Below, in pieces: positions 20,652 to 33,113 of a stretch of 64,000 nt of DNA; the stretch's first letter is position 1, and each line of letters opens with the position of its first letter. A program made the translations under genes and the position numbers. Under the pieces are notes generated by a model. The model saw nothing but the letters and a program-made list of their open reading frames with translations. It ran no database searches and was not told the DNA's origin. The stretch comes from Nannocystis bainbridge (GTDB taxonomy: Bacteria > Myxococcota_A > Polyangia > Nannocystales > Nannocystaceae), in NCBI RefSeq assembly GCF_028368995.1, contig NZ_JAQNDL010000001.1, forward strand, positions 1,344,001 through 1,408,000, written 5' to 3'.

Positions 20652-21743
20652 ATGACCCGCGCGTTCGCCCTGCTGCCGCTCCTCGCCGCCCTCGCCGCGC
20701 TGGCGGCCCCGCGCCCGGCGGGCGCCTGCGACTGCGCCCTGCTCGGCCCGACCTTTCACCCGCCGTACGTGCCCGAGGCGTTCGCCGCCGCCGTCACCAC
20801 CACGGAGGAGGTCGCAGGCCTGACCTGCCGCCCGGCCCGGCGTGGCCGCCTCGCGTGCACGTGGAGCGCCCGCTACGTGCTGACCCGCGCCGGCGCGACC
20901 GACGTCCCGCTGACCTTCGCCTACCCGACCGGCGCCGACATCGTCGTCCGCCTCGGCGGCGACATCGTCGCCAGCTCGATCGCCGCCCTCGACCCGCGCT
21001 TCGGCGTCGGCCAGCGCGAGCTGTTCGTCACCTGGCCCGCGGGACAGGTGAATGACATCGTCGTCGAGGTCCGGGCCGACCTGCAGATCGGCCCGGCCGC
21101 GTGCGGCTGCGACGCCGGCAGGACCACCAACCGCCGCCGCCACCCGCTCGTCTCGCCGGCCGGGCTGCCCGACTACGCCGTCGACTACCGGCCGCAGCCC
21201 GGGCCCGAGAGCGTGCGCCTCAGCCTCGAGCTGCGCCGCCCGTGGCGCGAGCACCGGCCCGGCCTGTTCCCCGGCGGCGAGGGTCGCCGGATCACCCGCG
21301 ACCTCCGCAAGGATGGCGACGAGCCCATCAAGCTCGCGTTCAAGACCCCGCTCCGCCTCGACCCTGGCGGCCCGATCGCCGGCGTCGGCCTCGGCTTCTC
21401 GCCCGAGGGCCTGCGCCCGCGCCTGCGCCTCGGCTGGGAGCTGGCGTGGCCGCAGATGTGGGTGCACAGCCTCGTGATCGAGACCGACGCCCGCGCCCGC
21501 GTGGCCGTGATCCCGGCGTGGGAGCTGACCTACCCCCGCGTGCCGCACCGGCTCGTGCCCGACAGCGGCGTCGGCGTCGGTGCGCCGATCCAGCTGGCCC
21601 CGCTCGCGCGCCCCGGCGTCCGCGTGTTCGCCCGCCTCGGCTGGCTGTGGTGCCACCTGCTCGGCACGTTCGACGTCTACCCCGCCTTCCGCGGCGCCCC
21701 GCCGGAGCGGCTCGGCTCGCTGATGCTGCAGTTCGGCCTGTGA
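20652..21743 (+). CDS. Hypothetical exported protein with possible C-terminal beta-barrel-like region
   Basis: Signal peptide MTRAFALLPLL..AGA-CDC; amphipathic strands ending QFGL. Confidence 0.6.
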   Translation: MTRAFALLPLLAALAALAAPRPAGACDCALLGPTFHPPYVPEAFAAAVTTTEEVAGLTCRPARRGRLACTWSARYVLTRAGATDVPLTFAYPTGADIVVRLGGDIVASSIAALDPRFGVGQRELFVTWPAGQVNDIVVEVRADLQIGPAACGCDAGRTTNRRRHPLVSPAGLPDYAVDYRPQPGPESVRLSLELRRPWREHRPGLFPGGEGRRITRDLRKDGDEPIKLAFKTPLRLDPGGPIAGVGLGFSPEGLRPRLRLGWELAWPQMWVHSLVIETDARARVAVIPAWELTYPRVPHRLVPDSGVGVGAPIQLAPLARPGVRVFARLGWLWCHLLGTFDVYPAFRGAPPERLGSLMLQFGL

Positions 21744-21749
21744 CCGCGA

Positions 21750-21815
21750 GGACATGCTCGATGGAGCATGTTCGATGGGACATGTCGCTTCGGACCTGCC
21801 CTTCGGGGCATGTCG
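21750..21815. repeat. 14-bp-period array, 5 units, between convergent genes
   Basis: CATG 21753/21767/21781, CCTG 21795, CATG 21809. Confidence 0.9.
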
Positions 21816-21918
21816 TCCGTCGCCGCTCGCGACGACGCCCGTCGCACTCGGGGGAGTGTGACGGGCGCGATCGGGCCGTCAGGCCGCCGTCAGGCGTGGG
21901 CGGGGGGTCGGAATCCGC

Positions 21919-22827
21919 TCACTTGGAGCCGGCGCACTTGGCGTCGGCCTTGGAGATCCAGGTGTCGAGCTCGGCGTCCTTGAGGTCGTACTTCTTGACG
22001 GCCTTGTAGACCTGCTCGACCTGGTACTCGCAGATCAGCATCTTGTCGACCTGGGCCGGCAGGATCTTCTTGCCGAGGTCGACGTAGCAGCCCTTGGCGA
22101 CCTCTTGCAGCTTGGCCTTGGCCCAGTCCGAGGTCAGCTTCTCGAGGTCCTCGACCGCCATGCTGCACTGGAAGGGCACCTCGTTGGTGTTGGCGTCGAG
22201 GTTCTTCTTGGCCTCGTCGAGCGCTTCCTTCGCGCGCTTGCCGGCCTCGACCTCCTTGCACAGGGCGTCGGCCTTGGTCTTCTCCTCGGGCGACACCTTC
22301 TCGGCGGTCGCCTGGAGGTCGAAGCACTTGCTGAGGCCGTCGCCGCCGCTGTCACGGACGCCCTCGAGCTCCTTGATGGCCGCGTCGATCGACTTCTTGA
22401 ACAGGTCGCCGCACAGCTTCTTGACCTCTTCGTCCTTGATGTCGCTGTACTTGCAGGACGACAGGGCGTCTTCCATCTTCTCGCCGGTCTTGAGCGCGCC
22501 CTCGACTTCCTTCTTGATGCGAATGGCCTGCTTCTTGTCGCTCAGCTCCTGCTGGCACTTCTTGTACTCGTCGCAGGCGCTCTTCTTGGCGCACTCGAGG
22601 TCGGCCTTCTCCTCCTCGGGGTCGCGGTCCTTCTTCTCGCGACAGTCCTTCATCACGAGGTCCTTCAGGCCCTCGACGAGCGCCTTCTCCTCGGGCGAGG
22701 CACACTCCACGGCCTTGTTGAAGACCGTCGAGCAGTAGTCGCCGCCGCCGCAGCCGGAGGTGGAGGACATGCCGAGACCGAAGGCCACCAGGCCCGAGGC
22801 GAAAAACATGCGATTGAACGTGTTCAT
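21919..22827 (-). CDS. Lys/Glu-rich helical lipoprotein with 14 additional Cys
   Basis: Start ATG 22827; signal ending TSG-C; GC3-rich codons. Confidence 0.75.
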   Translation of the reverse strand: MNTFNRMFFASGLVAFGLGMSSTSGCGGGDYCSTVFNKAVECASPEEKALVEGLKDLVMKDCREKKDRDPEEEKADLECAKKSACDEYKKCQQELSDKKQAIRIKKEVEGALKTGEKMEDALSSCKYSDIKDEEVKKLCGDLFKKSIDAAIKELEGVRDSGGDGLSKCFDLQATAEKVSPEEKTKADALCKEVEAGKRAKEALDEAKKNLDANTNEVPFQCSMAVEDLEKLTSDWAKAKLQEVAKGCYVDLGKKILPAQVDKMLICEYQVEQVYKAVKKYDLKDAELDTWISKADAKCAGSK

Positions 22828-23042
22828 GGAGAGTCCGTGGGGTCTTTCGTGCTGGTTGGGTCCGTGAATTCGCAGTGCGCGGCGGCGAAAGTCCAAACCT
22901 GGGGGGGCGAGATCAATTCGACGTACGGCCTTTGTTCAGGGCGAATTCGCGCTGCGCAAGTACCATATTTGCGCCGCCGAGACAACTCCGGCCCTCCGCC
23001 CCCGAGCCGGCTCACCCTCCCCGGAGGACCGCGTGGATGTCG

Positions 23043-24149
23043 TCAACGGGCGGCCTTGTTCGCCGCCGGCTCGCCTGGCTTCCAGGCCACGTCGTGGCGG
23101 ACGCCGACGTACGACGGGAAGCGCGGCACCCCGCCGTCCGACAGCTCTTGATAGCGGAACGTGACGATCGTGCCGACCAGGGGCGGGTCGTTGCGCTCGG
23201 CGTCCGACAGGCCGGTGCCGAGAGCGAAGCGCGTGCCGTTCCGCAGCTCGACCAGCAGCGCGCCGAGCCGCCCCTTGTGCTTGCCCGTGCCCGGCTGATG
23301 GCCGACCACCCTCGCCTCGTCGTCGTGGAACGACTTGACCTTGAGCAGCGTGTGCGAGCGACCGACCTCGTAGCGCGAGCCGGGCCGGCGCAACATCAGC
23401 CCCTCGCCGCCGAGCGCTTCCACCCGCATAAGCTCACGCTGCAGGTGCTCCGTGCCCGTACAGATCTCGTGCGCGAGCGCGCTGGCGAACCCCGGACGGC
23501 GCCGCTCGAGCTCCGCGTGGTAGTGGCGCATCCGCGCCTCGAAGTCGCCCTCGTGGCCGGGCGCGTCGAACACCAGGAACCGCACCTGCCGCCACGCCTC
23601 GCCGCCGTCCTGGCGCCGCACCACGCTCACCGTGCGCTGGAACGCCTTGCGGTCGAGCCACAGCTCGCCGTCGAGGGTGAACTCCGGCAGCCCCTCCGTG
23701 AACCACGCCGGCGCGTGATAGACGTTGCCGAGCCGCGACACGAACCGCTTGCCGTCCCAGTACGCGCGCACGCCGTCGAGCTTCTCGCTCATCCACCAGC
23801 CGGCCGGGTCGACCTCGGGGTCGTACACGTGCGCCAGCAGCAGCGGCGGCGCCTGCTCGCCGGCCGCCTCGCCGTCGCTCGAGCTGGTCTTCGGGCCAGC
23901 CTTGCTGGCCTTCGGGACAGCCGACCCGGTCGCCCCGCTCGCCCCCGCCGGCGCCCCGATCCGCGCCAGCTCGACCGCCTCGCCGCGCAGCCCCTTGAGG
24001 TGCTTGCACGTGCGCTTGTCGATCGGCCCGCCCACGTTGCGCCACGCCGGGCAGCTGCACGAGAACACCCCGCCGACGTTCTTCAACACGTACGGCTTGG
24101 CGCCGGAGCCCTTCACCTCGACCGAGTCCCCATCTGCAAGATCGGGCAT
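23043..24149 (-). CDS. ATP-dependent DNA ligase with N-terminal SWIM-like zinc finger
   Basis: CSCPAW..CKH finger; SEKLDGVR motif I, LDGELW, FDAP, GEGLMLR, LLKVK, OB-fold PRFP. Confidence 0.92.
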   Translation of the reverse strand: MPDLADGDSVEVKGSGAKPYVLKNVGGVFSCSCPAWRNVGGPIDKRTCKHLKGLRGEAVELARIGAPAGASGATGSAVPKASKAGPKTSSSDGEAAGEQAPPLLLAHVYDPEVDPAGWWMSEKLDGVRAYWDGKRFVSRLGNVYHAPAWFTEGLPEFTLDGELWLDRKAFQRTVSVVRRQDGGEAWRQVRFLVFDAPGHEGDFEARMRHYHAELERRRPGFASALAHEICTGTEHLQRELMRVEALGGEGLMLRRPGSRYEVGRSHTLLKVKSFHDDEARVVGHQPGTGKHKGRLGALLVELRNGTRFALGTGLSDAERNDPPLVGTIVTFRYQELSDGGVPRFPSYVGVRHDVAWKPGEPAANKAAR

Positions 24150-24245
24150 GTCCCATCCTTCGCCTTCGCGGCCGGCCGAGACTACCCGCTCGCGGCGATC
24201 CGCGGCAGATCGCGCCGCGCTCGCGCGCGCGATCGAAATCGAGCG

Positions 24246-25433
24246 CTACGGCGTCAACAGCTCGAGCATCTTCGGCGCCAGCTGATCGCCGCTGAGCAGC
24301 GCGCGCTGCAGCACCAGCACCTGGATCCGCGGCGGCGGGCGGCCGCACACCCGGAACGCTCTGGCCATGATCGCGCGCTCGCCCTGGCGCACCCGCCCGT
24401 CGAGGATGCACGCGATCACCAGCGTGTGCAGGGCCGCCTTCTGCTCGGCGGGCAGGAGCCGGCGCAGGCACTCGATGAAGCGCGGCACGTCGTCGAGCGC
24501 CTCCGCGTCTGTCTCACCGATCCTGTCCTTCAGGTCATCCAGCATCTCGATCAGGTTGGGGTGGAAGTCGCGCGAGCGGACCACCGCGCTGCCGATCGCC
24601 CGCATCAGCGCCTCGCGCAGCCCCGGCGACGGCTCGGGGTGCGGCGCCAGCACGAAGCCCAGCAGCTCGTTGGCCGCCGACGGCCCGATCGCCCGCAGCC
24701 GCGCCTCTCGCAGCGCCCGGCGGCACACCAGCGCGTCCCACAGCGCCGTGATCGGCACGGCGACGAACGGGATCCAGGCCCGCAGCGCCGCGCGGCCGAA
24801 GATCCGCGTCAGCAGCGTGCGCGCGATGAACTTCGTCAGGCTGACCTTGGCCTTGTAGACCAGCGTCGCCATCAAGATCCGCAGGCGCGACGCCTCGCGC
24901 CGCGGATCGATGCCGAACATCGGCCGCGGCGGGTTCGGGATCTCGAGCGCCGCGCGGGCCAGCACCGCGGCGAAGATCTCGTCCTCGTCGTCCACCATGT
25001 CGCCGACGTGACGGACCACGTCCTGCCCGACCTCCTTGGCGCGGAACAGCGGCAGCCCGGCCGCGGCCGCCAGCTGATGCACCGAGTCGATCGCGTTCCA
25101 GTAGATCAGCGACAGCTCGATCACCACCAGCGGCAGCACGGCCAGCAGCGTGAGCACCAGGAACTCGATCCACGCCCACCAGCTCGCGTTGCCCGGATCG
25201 TCGCCGAGCAGCGGCTGCAGGGCGACGTTGGCGACCGCCCCGAGGCCGGCGCAGATGGCCCCGACCAGCCCGGCCCGGCCGACCGCGACGTACTCGATGC
25301 GCCGCAGCTCCCGCCGCTCGTCGGGGTTGAGGAAGTGAATGGCGTCGCGGGAGTCGGGGCGCACCGCCTTGCCCGCGCGGCGCTTGAAGTACCGCACGGC
25401 GAGCGCCTCGACCACGCGCCGCTTCTGCGTCAC
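24246..25433 (-). CDS. Conserved hypothetical membrane protein
   Basis: 2-3 TM segments; GC3-biased frame; same-strand run with kinase and ligase; start uncertain. Confidence 0.65.
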   Translation of the reverse strand: MTQKRRVVEALAVRYFKRRAGKAVRPDSRDAIHFLNPDERRELRRIEYVAVGRAGLVGAICAGLGAVANVALQPLLGDDPGNASWWAWIEFLVLTLLAVLPLVVIELSLIYWNAIDSVHQLAAAAGLPLFRAKEVGQDVVRHVGDMVDDEDEIFAAVLARAALEIPNPPRPMFGIDPRREASRLRILMATLVYKAKVSLTKFIARTLLTRIFGRAALRAWIPFVAVPITALWDALVCRRALREARLRAIGPSAANELLGFVLAPHPEPSPGLREALMRAIGSAVVRSRDFHPNLIEMLDDLKDRIGETDAEALDDVPRFIECLRRLLPAEQKAALHTLVIACILDGRVRQGERAIMARAFRVCGRPPPRIQVLVLQRALLSGDQLAPKMLELLTP

Positions 25434-25483
25434 AGGCCCGGGATGCTAGCGCATCCGCGGCGGCCCTGTCGGCGCGCTGGCGC

Positions 25484-27562
25484 TCACGGCAGCGTCAGAT
25501 CGACCTTCTTGGCCAGGATCGTCTTCGCCAGCGAGCGCAGGGCCGCCTCGCGCTCGGTCGCCACGCGCAGGCGCTCGGACAGCACCTCGATGACCGCCAG
25601 GCCGATGTCGCCGCTCTCGCGCACGATCTTGCGGAACCGGTCCGCCCCCAGCATCAGCGCTCGCACCGGCTCGTCGGTGGCGAACACCCCGGCCGTGCGC
25701 GCCGACTGGCTCAACACCGCGACCTCCCCGCACACGTCGCCGGGCTTGAGGCGATTGATGACGGCGCCGTCACGCACCACCTCGACCGTGCCCTCGAGCA
25801 GGATGCAGAGCGCGTCGCCCGGCGCCCCCTGCTCGAACACCGGCTGCAGCGGCGCGAACGCGACCTCGTGGCAGGCCTCCGCGATCGGCAGCAGCGCCGC
25901 CGTCGGCACCGCGTTGAACAGGCTGATCCGGCGCAGGAACATGATGCGGCCGATCAGCGTGCGCAGCCCGGTCGGCGCGCGCGACTCGTCGATCTCCTCC
26001 TCCTCGCCGCCGCACAGCGTGCTGACCACGTTGAGCCACGGGTCGTCGGTCGCCGGCCCGGGCCGCTGCAGGTCCGACGTCGAGATCGGCGACAGCGCGC
26101 GCGAGCGGGTCAGGCGTCGGCCCGCGCGCACGATCCCGCCGAAGCACTTCTGGCTCAGCGTCAGCAGCAGCTCCATCGCCGCCTCGCGGGTCGGCCCCTC
26201 CGTCGGCGTCGACGACGGGTAAAGGCGCATGAACACCCGCCAGTACAGGTCGCCGCCGACGTCGCGCAGGCTGTCGACGTCGCTGTCGCTCTCGAGCCCG
26301 CGCAGGATCAGCTGCGTCGCGTCGCGGTAGACCGCCAGCAGCTCGCGGCGCAGGTCGGCCAGCCGCGGCTCGTCCATCAACGCCGTGCGCAGCTCCTCGC
26401 CCTCGTCGCGCGGGCGGCCGGCCAGCCAGTCGTCGCACTCCTCCTCGAGCGGCCGCAGGCGATCGAGCAGCAGGTGGGCCGCGTCGAGCGAGCGGCGGGC
26501 CAGCTCCGACCGGCGCATGCGCTCGCGCGAGCCCTCGAGGTACGCGTCGAGGTCGGCCAGCAGCTCGACCACCGAGCCGTAGCGGTGCTCGCGGTTCTTG
26601 CTCAGCGCCCGGCGGCAGATGTCCTCGACGCCCGGCGGGATCGGCCGGTTCGGCGCGCGCTTCGACGGCAGCTCGACCTGCTCGACCATCACCCGCATCA
26701 GCACCTCCTTCGCGTTGGCGCCCTGGAAGGGCTGCGTCAGCGTGAGGATCTCGTACAGGATCACCCCCAGCGACCAGATGTCGCTGCGCACGTCGAGGTC
26801 GTGGCCCGCCTTGGTGATCTGCTCCGGCGCCATGTACTCGGGCGTCCCGGCGTGCATGTGCGCCCGCGCCTGCCGGCGCCCCTGCGGCCCCAGCACCTGC
26901 GCCAGGCCCCAGTCGACCAGCACCACCTCGCCATACTCGCCGATCAGCACGTTCTCCGGCTTGAGGTCGCAGTGCAGCACCCCGCGCGCGTGGGCGTAGG
27001 CGACCGCGCGGCACAGCTCGATGAAGCAGCCGAGCAGGCGGTACATGCCGAACGCGTGTGTCGTCGCCGGATCGCCCTCGTGCAGCGCGTCGATGATCTG
27101 CGACAGCGGCCGCCCGGTCAGCCGCTTCATCGTGTAGTAGAGCCCCAGCGTCGGGCTGCAGCCGAGGTCGTAGGCCGGCACGATGTTGGGGTGCTCGAGC
27201 CCGCCGGTGATGATCGCCTCCTCGACGAACGCCTGCACCCGCACCGGGTCGTTGACGTGGTTCGGCGACAGCACCTTGACCGCCACCGTGCGCCGCATGC
27301 TGCGGTCGGCCCCCAGGTAGACCACCCCGCCGCCGCCGCGACCGAGTTGGTCGCCGACGGCGTAGCGGCCGTCACCCGTGCCGTCGATCGGCGGCCCGAG
27401 CTCGTCGAGGCCCGGGCTCACCTGCGGCTCGACCTCGATGTCGCGGAGGTAGCGGACGATCTGCGGCTCGGTCCCGGTCACCGCGGGGCGGAGCTCCGCC
27501 ATGACCGGCTCGTCCTCCTCGTGGTCCGGCTTGTCCCACGGCCATCGCTTCGTCCCGCTCAT
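25484..27562 (-). CDS. Ser/Thr protein kinase with C-terminal cyclic-nucleotide-binding domain
   Basis: LGRGGGGVVY, VAVK, HCDLKPEN, DWG, GTPEYMAPE; cNMP domain FEQGAPGD..GDVCGEVAVL..RTA. Confidence 0.92.
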   Translation of the reverse strand: MSGTKRWPWDKPDHEEDEPVMAELRPAVTGTEPQIVRYLRDIEVEPQVSPGLDELGPPIDGTGDGRYAVGDQLGRGGGGVVYLGADRSMRRTVAVKVLSPNHVNDPVRVQAFVEEAIITGGLEHPNIVPAYDLGCSPTLGLYYTMKRLTGRPLSQIIDALHEGDPATTHAFGMYRLLGCFIELCRAVAYAHARGVLHCDLKPENVLIGEYGEVVLVDWGLAQVLGPQGRRQARAHMHAGTPEYMAPEQITKAGHDLDVRSDIWSLGVILYEILTLTQPFQGANAKEVLMRVMVEQVELPSKRAPNRPIPPGVEDICRRALSKNREHRYGSVVELLADLDAYLEGSRERMRRSELARRSLDAAHLLLDRLRPLEEECDDWLAGRPRDEGEELRTALMDEPRLADLRRELLAVYRDATQLILRGLESDSDVDSLRDVGGDLYWRVFMRLYPSSTPTEGPTREAAMELLLTLSQKCFGGIVRAGRRLTRSRALSPISTSDLQRPGPATDDPWLNVVSTLCGGEEEEIDESRAPTGLRTLIGRIMFLRRISLFNAVPTAALLPIAEACHEVAFAPLQPVFEQGAPGDALCILLEGTVEVVRDGAVINRLKPGDVCGEVAVLSQSARTAGVFATDEPVRALMLGADRFRKIVRESGDIGLAVIEVLSERLRVATEREAALRSLAKTILAKKVDLTLP

Positions 27563-27784
27563 GCGCGGACAGCAGCATAACAAAGGACGCGGGAGCGCGA
27601 TCGCGCCCGCACGTCTGCGGGGTCGCCACCACCACCGGAGCGCGGGTCACTCCATGCGGACCGTCTCGCCTTCGCCGCCGGGTCCGCGACCTCCGCTGCG
27701 CGCGCTGTCGATCCGCCATCGCGGCTCACCGCGCGGCGGCAGATCCAGCACTCACCCCAGCGACGGCGTCAGCGCGCCCGTCGC

Positions 27785-28246
27785 TCACGCCAGGAACGGC
27801 GCCAGCGTGCGGCCCAGCCCCGGGGCGGCGAGGCGCACGTGGGCCTCGGCCGAGTCGCGCAGGCGGTCGTACGTCTTGCGCAGCGGGCCGCTGGCCTTGG
27901 CCGCGCGGCGGTCGGTGACGGTCAGCAGCGCCTGGGCCACGCGAGGCGCCTCTGTGGTCATGTGCGCGGCGAACACCCCGGGCAGCGGCGCGCCGTCGCG
28001 GGCGGCCTGCTCGCGGCTCTCGACGTAGAACGGCTCGAGCGCCGCCCCGAACTCGGGCAGCAGGCGGTCGACGACATCGGACACCATCGACGGGCGGATC
28101 GCCGCGACCAGCTTGTAACCGGCCTTGATGGCCAGGGCCGACAGCCCGGTCTTGCTCTTCACCTCGGCGTCGACCAGCGAGGCGCACGCGCGGACCACCT
28201 GCGGACGAACCTCTTCACGGGTGAAAATCTCGACTAAGGTGGCCAT
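27785..28246 (-). CDS. Conserved small helical protein (DUF6918-like)
   Basis: LVDAEVKSKTGLSALAIKAGYK..LLPEF..LL.VTD.R pattern, recalled from actinobacterial/myxobacterial proteins. Confidence 0.65.
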   Translation of the reverse strand: MATLVEIFTREEVRPQVVRACASLVDAEVKSKTGLSALAIKAGYKLVAAIRPSMVSDVVDRLLPEFGAALEPFYVESREQAARDGAPLPGVFAAHMTTEAPRVAQALLTVTDRRAAKASGPLRKTYDRLRDSAEAHVRLAAPGLGRTLAPFLA

Positions 28247-28509
28247 GGGCACGGTTTATGGCCGATTTCCCGCGGCCGCGCAAGCCGACCTGCGGCGCGC
28301 GTCCGGCTCGCCGCGAGGCCCGCAAACTCTTCTGCGATCTTCTCCGCGAAGATCCACGCGCTCTTCCCCACGCGCTCTTCCCCACGCGATGGCAAAGCCG
28401 CTGCTTTCCGCACACGACTCCACGAAACTGCCTCGCCTTGCCCGCCGGCGCCACGGCGCCCGGCGCGGCCGGATTCACGGAGGGCGCGAGTGTGCCAAGA
28501 TGCACGCGC

Positions 28510-30845
<2,336 letters not shown>

Positions 30846-30849
<4 letters not shown>

Positions 30850-32861
30850 AGTACGTCCTCAAGTCGAGCGCCCCGACGCGCCAGCCCTTCGATCTTTCGC
30901 GCGAGCTCAACCCCCAGCAGCTCGCGGTCGTCGAGGCCGATCCGGGCGAGATCCTCGTGCTCGCCGGCGCCGGCACCGGCAAGACCCGCACGCTCACCTA
31001 CCGCGTCGCCCGCCTGGTCGCCGGCGGCTGCCACCCCGAGCGGATCCTCCTGTGCACATTCACCAATCGCGCCGCGCGCGAGATGGTCGCGCGGGTCGAA
31101 TCGCTGCTCGGCGTCGAGATGCGGCGCTGCTCGGCCGGCACCTTCCACCACGTCGGCAACCGGATCCTCCGCCGCTACGGCGCCGCGATCGGCCTCTCGC
31201 CCGACTTCGGCATCCTCGACCCCGAGGACGCGCGGACCCTGCTCAGCGCCGTGGTCGCGGAGTTCGGCCTGCAGACATTGACCGCGCGCCGGTTCCCGCA
31301 GCCCAAGGTGCTCGCCAACCTGATCAGCCTGGCCGCCAACACCCGCAAGCCGCTGCTGCAGGTGGTCGAGGAGCACGGCCTGCGCCTGCTCGACCAGGCC
31401 GTCATGGTCGAGGAGGTCGCGGTCCGCTTCGCCGAGCGCAAGCGCCACATGAACGTGTGCGACTTCGACGATCTGCTGATCCACTGGCTGCGCCTGCTCG
31501 AGGACCCGCGGCTGACCGAGGTCGCCGCGCTGGTCCGCTCGGCCTACGACCACGTGCTCGTCGACGAGTACCAGGACGTGAGCGCGATCCAGGGCGCGCT
31601 GGTCGACGCCATGGCCAAGGAGCACGGCAGCCTGGTGTGCGTCGGCGACGACGCCCAGTCGATCTACGGCTTCCGCGGCGCCGACTTCGCCCAGATCGCC
31701 GAGTTCCGCGGCCGCCACACCCAGGCCCGGCTGTATCCGCTGACCATCAATTACCGCTCGACGCCCGAGGTGCTCGCGCTCGCCAATCGCAGCATCGCCC
31801 GCAACGTCAAGCAGTACCCCAAGGAATTGGTGGCGGTGAAAAAATCAGGGCCGAAGCCGGCCGTGATCCCGCTGCGCGACGTGTTCCAGCAGGCCGAGTT
31901 CATCGCCCAGCGCGTGCTCGAGCTGCACCACGAGTACGACATGCCGCTGTCGCGCATGGCCGTGCTCTACCGCAACCACTCGCACAGCCTCGAGCTGCAG
32001 GTCGAGCTGACGCGGCGGCAGATCCCCTACACCGTGCGCAGCGGCCTCCGCTTCTTCGAGCAGGCCCACATCAAGGACGTCGTCGCCTACCTGCGCGCGC
32101 GCCAGAACCCGCAGGACAGCCTGTCGTGGATCCGTCTGCTGCGCCTGTGGCCGGGCGTCGGCGCGCAGACGGCCGAGCAGCTGGCGGTGCTCCTGGCCAA
32201 AGAGACAGCCGCGGGCGCCGCCTCGGCCGGGCAGGTGCTGGCCGACCAGGCCGGCCAGGCGCGCGGGCGGGCCAAGCCGGCGCTCGAGCGGCTGGCCGAG
32301 CTGTGGACGATCCTCGAGAACCCCGATCTGCGCAGCCCCGGCGCGATGATCCGCGAGGTCGTCGCCCGCCACTACGGCGAATACACCGACCGCAACTTCC
32401 CCAACGCCGCCGCGCGCAAGGACGACCTCGAGCACCTCGCCGGCTACGCCGAGCGCTACGACGGCGCCAACGAGTTCCTCAGCGAGCTCGCCCTGGTCCA
32501 GGGCATGAGCGCCGAGAACGTGCTCGGCGCCGAGGAGCCCGACGACATGTTGGTGCTGTCGACGGTGCACCAGGCCAAGGGCCTCGAGTGGCCGATCTGC
32601 TTCGTGCTGTGGCTGGCCGAGGGCCGCTTCCCGATGGCCACCGCCGTGCGCGACCCGGCCGATCTCGAGGAGGAGCGGCGCCTGTTCTACGTCGCGGCCA
32701 CCCGCGCCGCCGACGAGCTGTACTGCTGTTATCCGGTGATCGAGGAGAACCGCGACGGGCCGTCGCACATCATGCGCCCGAGCCGCTTCCTGGTCGAGAT
32801 CGATCACAACCCGGCGGTGTTCGAGCGCTGGCAGATCGAAGAGTCGCCGGCGACCGGCTGA
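30846..32861 (+). CDS. UvrD/PcrA/Rep-family ATP-dependent DNA helicase
   Basis: AGAGTGKT, TFTNRAA, DEYQD, VGDDAQSIYGFRGA, NYRS, STVHQAKGLEW, EEERRLFYVAATRA. Confidence 0.95.
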
Positions 32862-32867
32862 CCTCGC

Positions 32868-32933
32868 GCGGATGGCGGCGCGGACATGCTCCCGGGAGCA
32901 TGTCCGATCGCACATGCTCCTTCGGACACACCG
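32868..32933. repeat. 14-bp-period array, 5 units, between helicase and histone 3' ends
   Basis: GATG 32871, CATG 32885/32899/32913, CACA 32927; includes perfect 24-bp palindrome 32882-32905. Confidence 0.9.
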
Positions 32934-33045
32934 AAGATTTGCCGCTCGCTGTGCGGCCGATCTGCCGTGGCGCTCGCCGCAATTATTGCCGGCGGACCGG
33001 GCAATCGTCGGTCACGACATTTCGGCCGGTCGGTCGCCGGGCACG

Positions 33046-33079
33046 AAAAAAGGCCGCCCCGGACGGGAGCGGCCTTTTT
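33046..33079. terminator. Bidirectional intrinsic terminator
   Basis: AAAAAAGGCCGCCCC-GGAC-GGGAGCGGCCTTTTT: GC stem with A/T tails on both sides, between convergent genes. Confidence 0.85.
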
Positions 33080-33113
33080 GTTCGCTGCGTGCGACCCTCG
33101 CGGGTCGGACGGC

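Noticed and set aside
22875-26222. Long antisense or alternative-frame ORFs (e.g. 22875..26222, 6222..9647, 33212..36550, 41506..44694, 62182..63999)
   Set aside because: These are typical stop-poor shadow frames in high-GC DNA, overlapping well-supported genes and lacking motifs.
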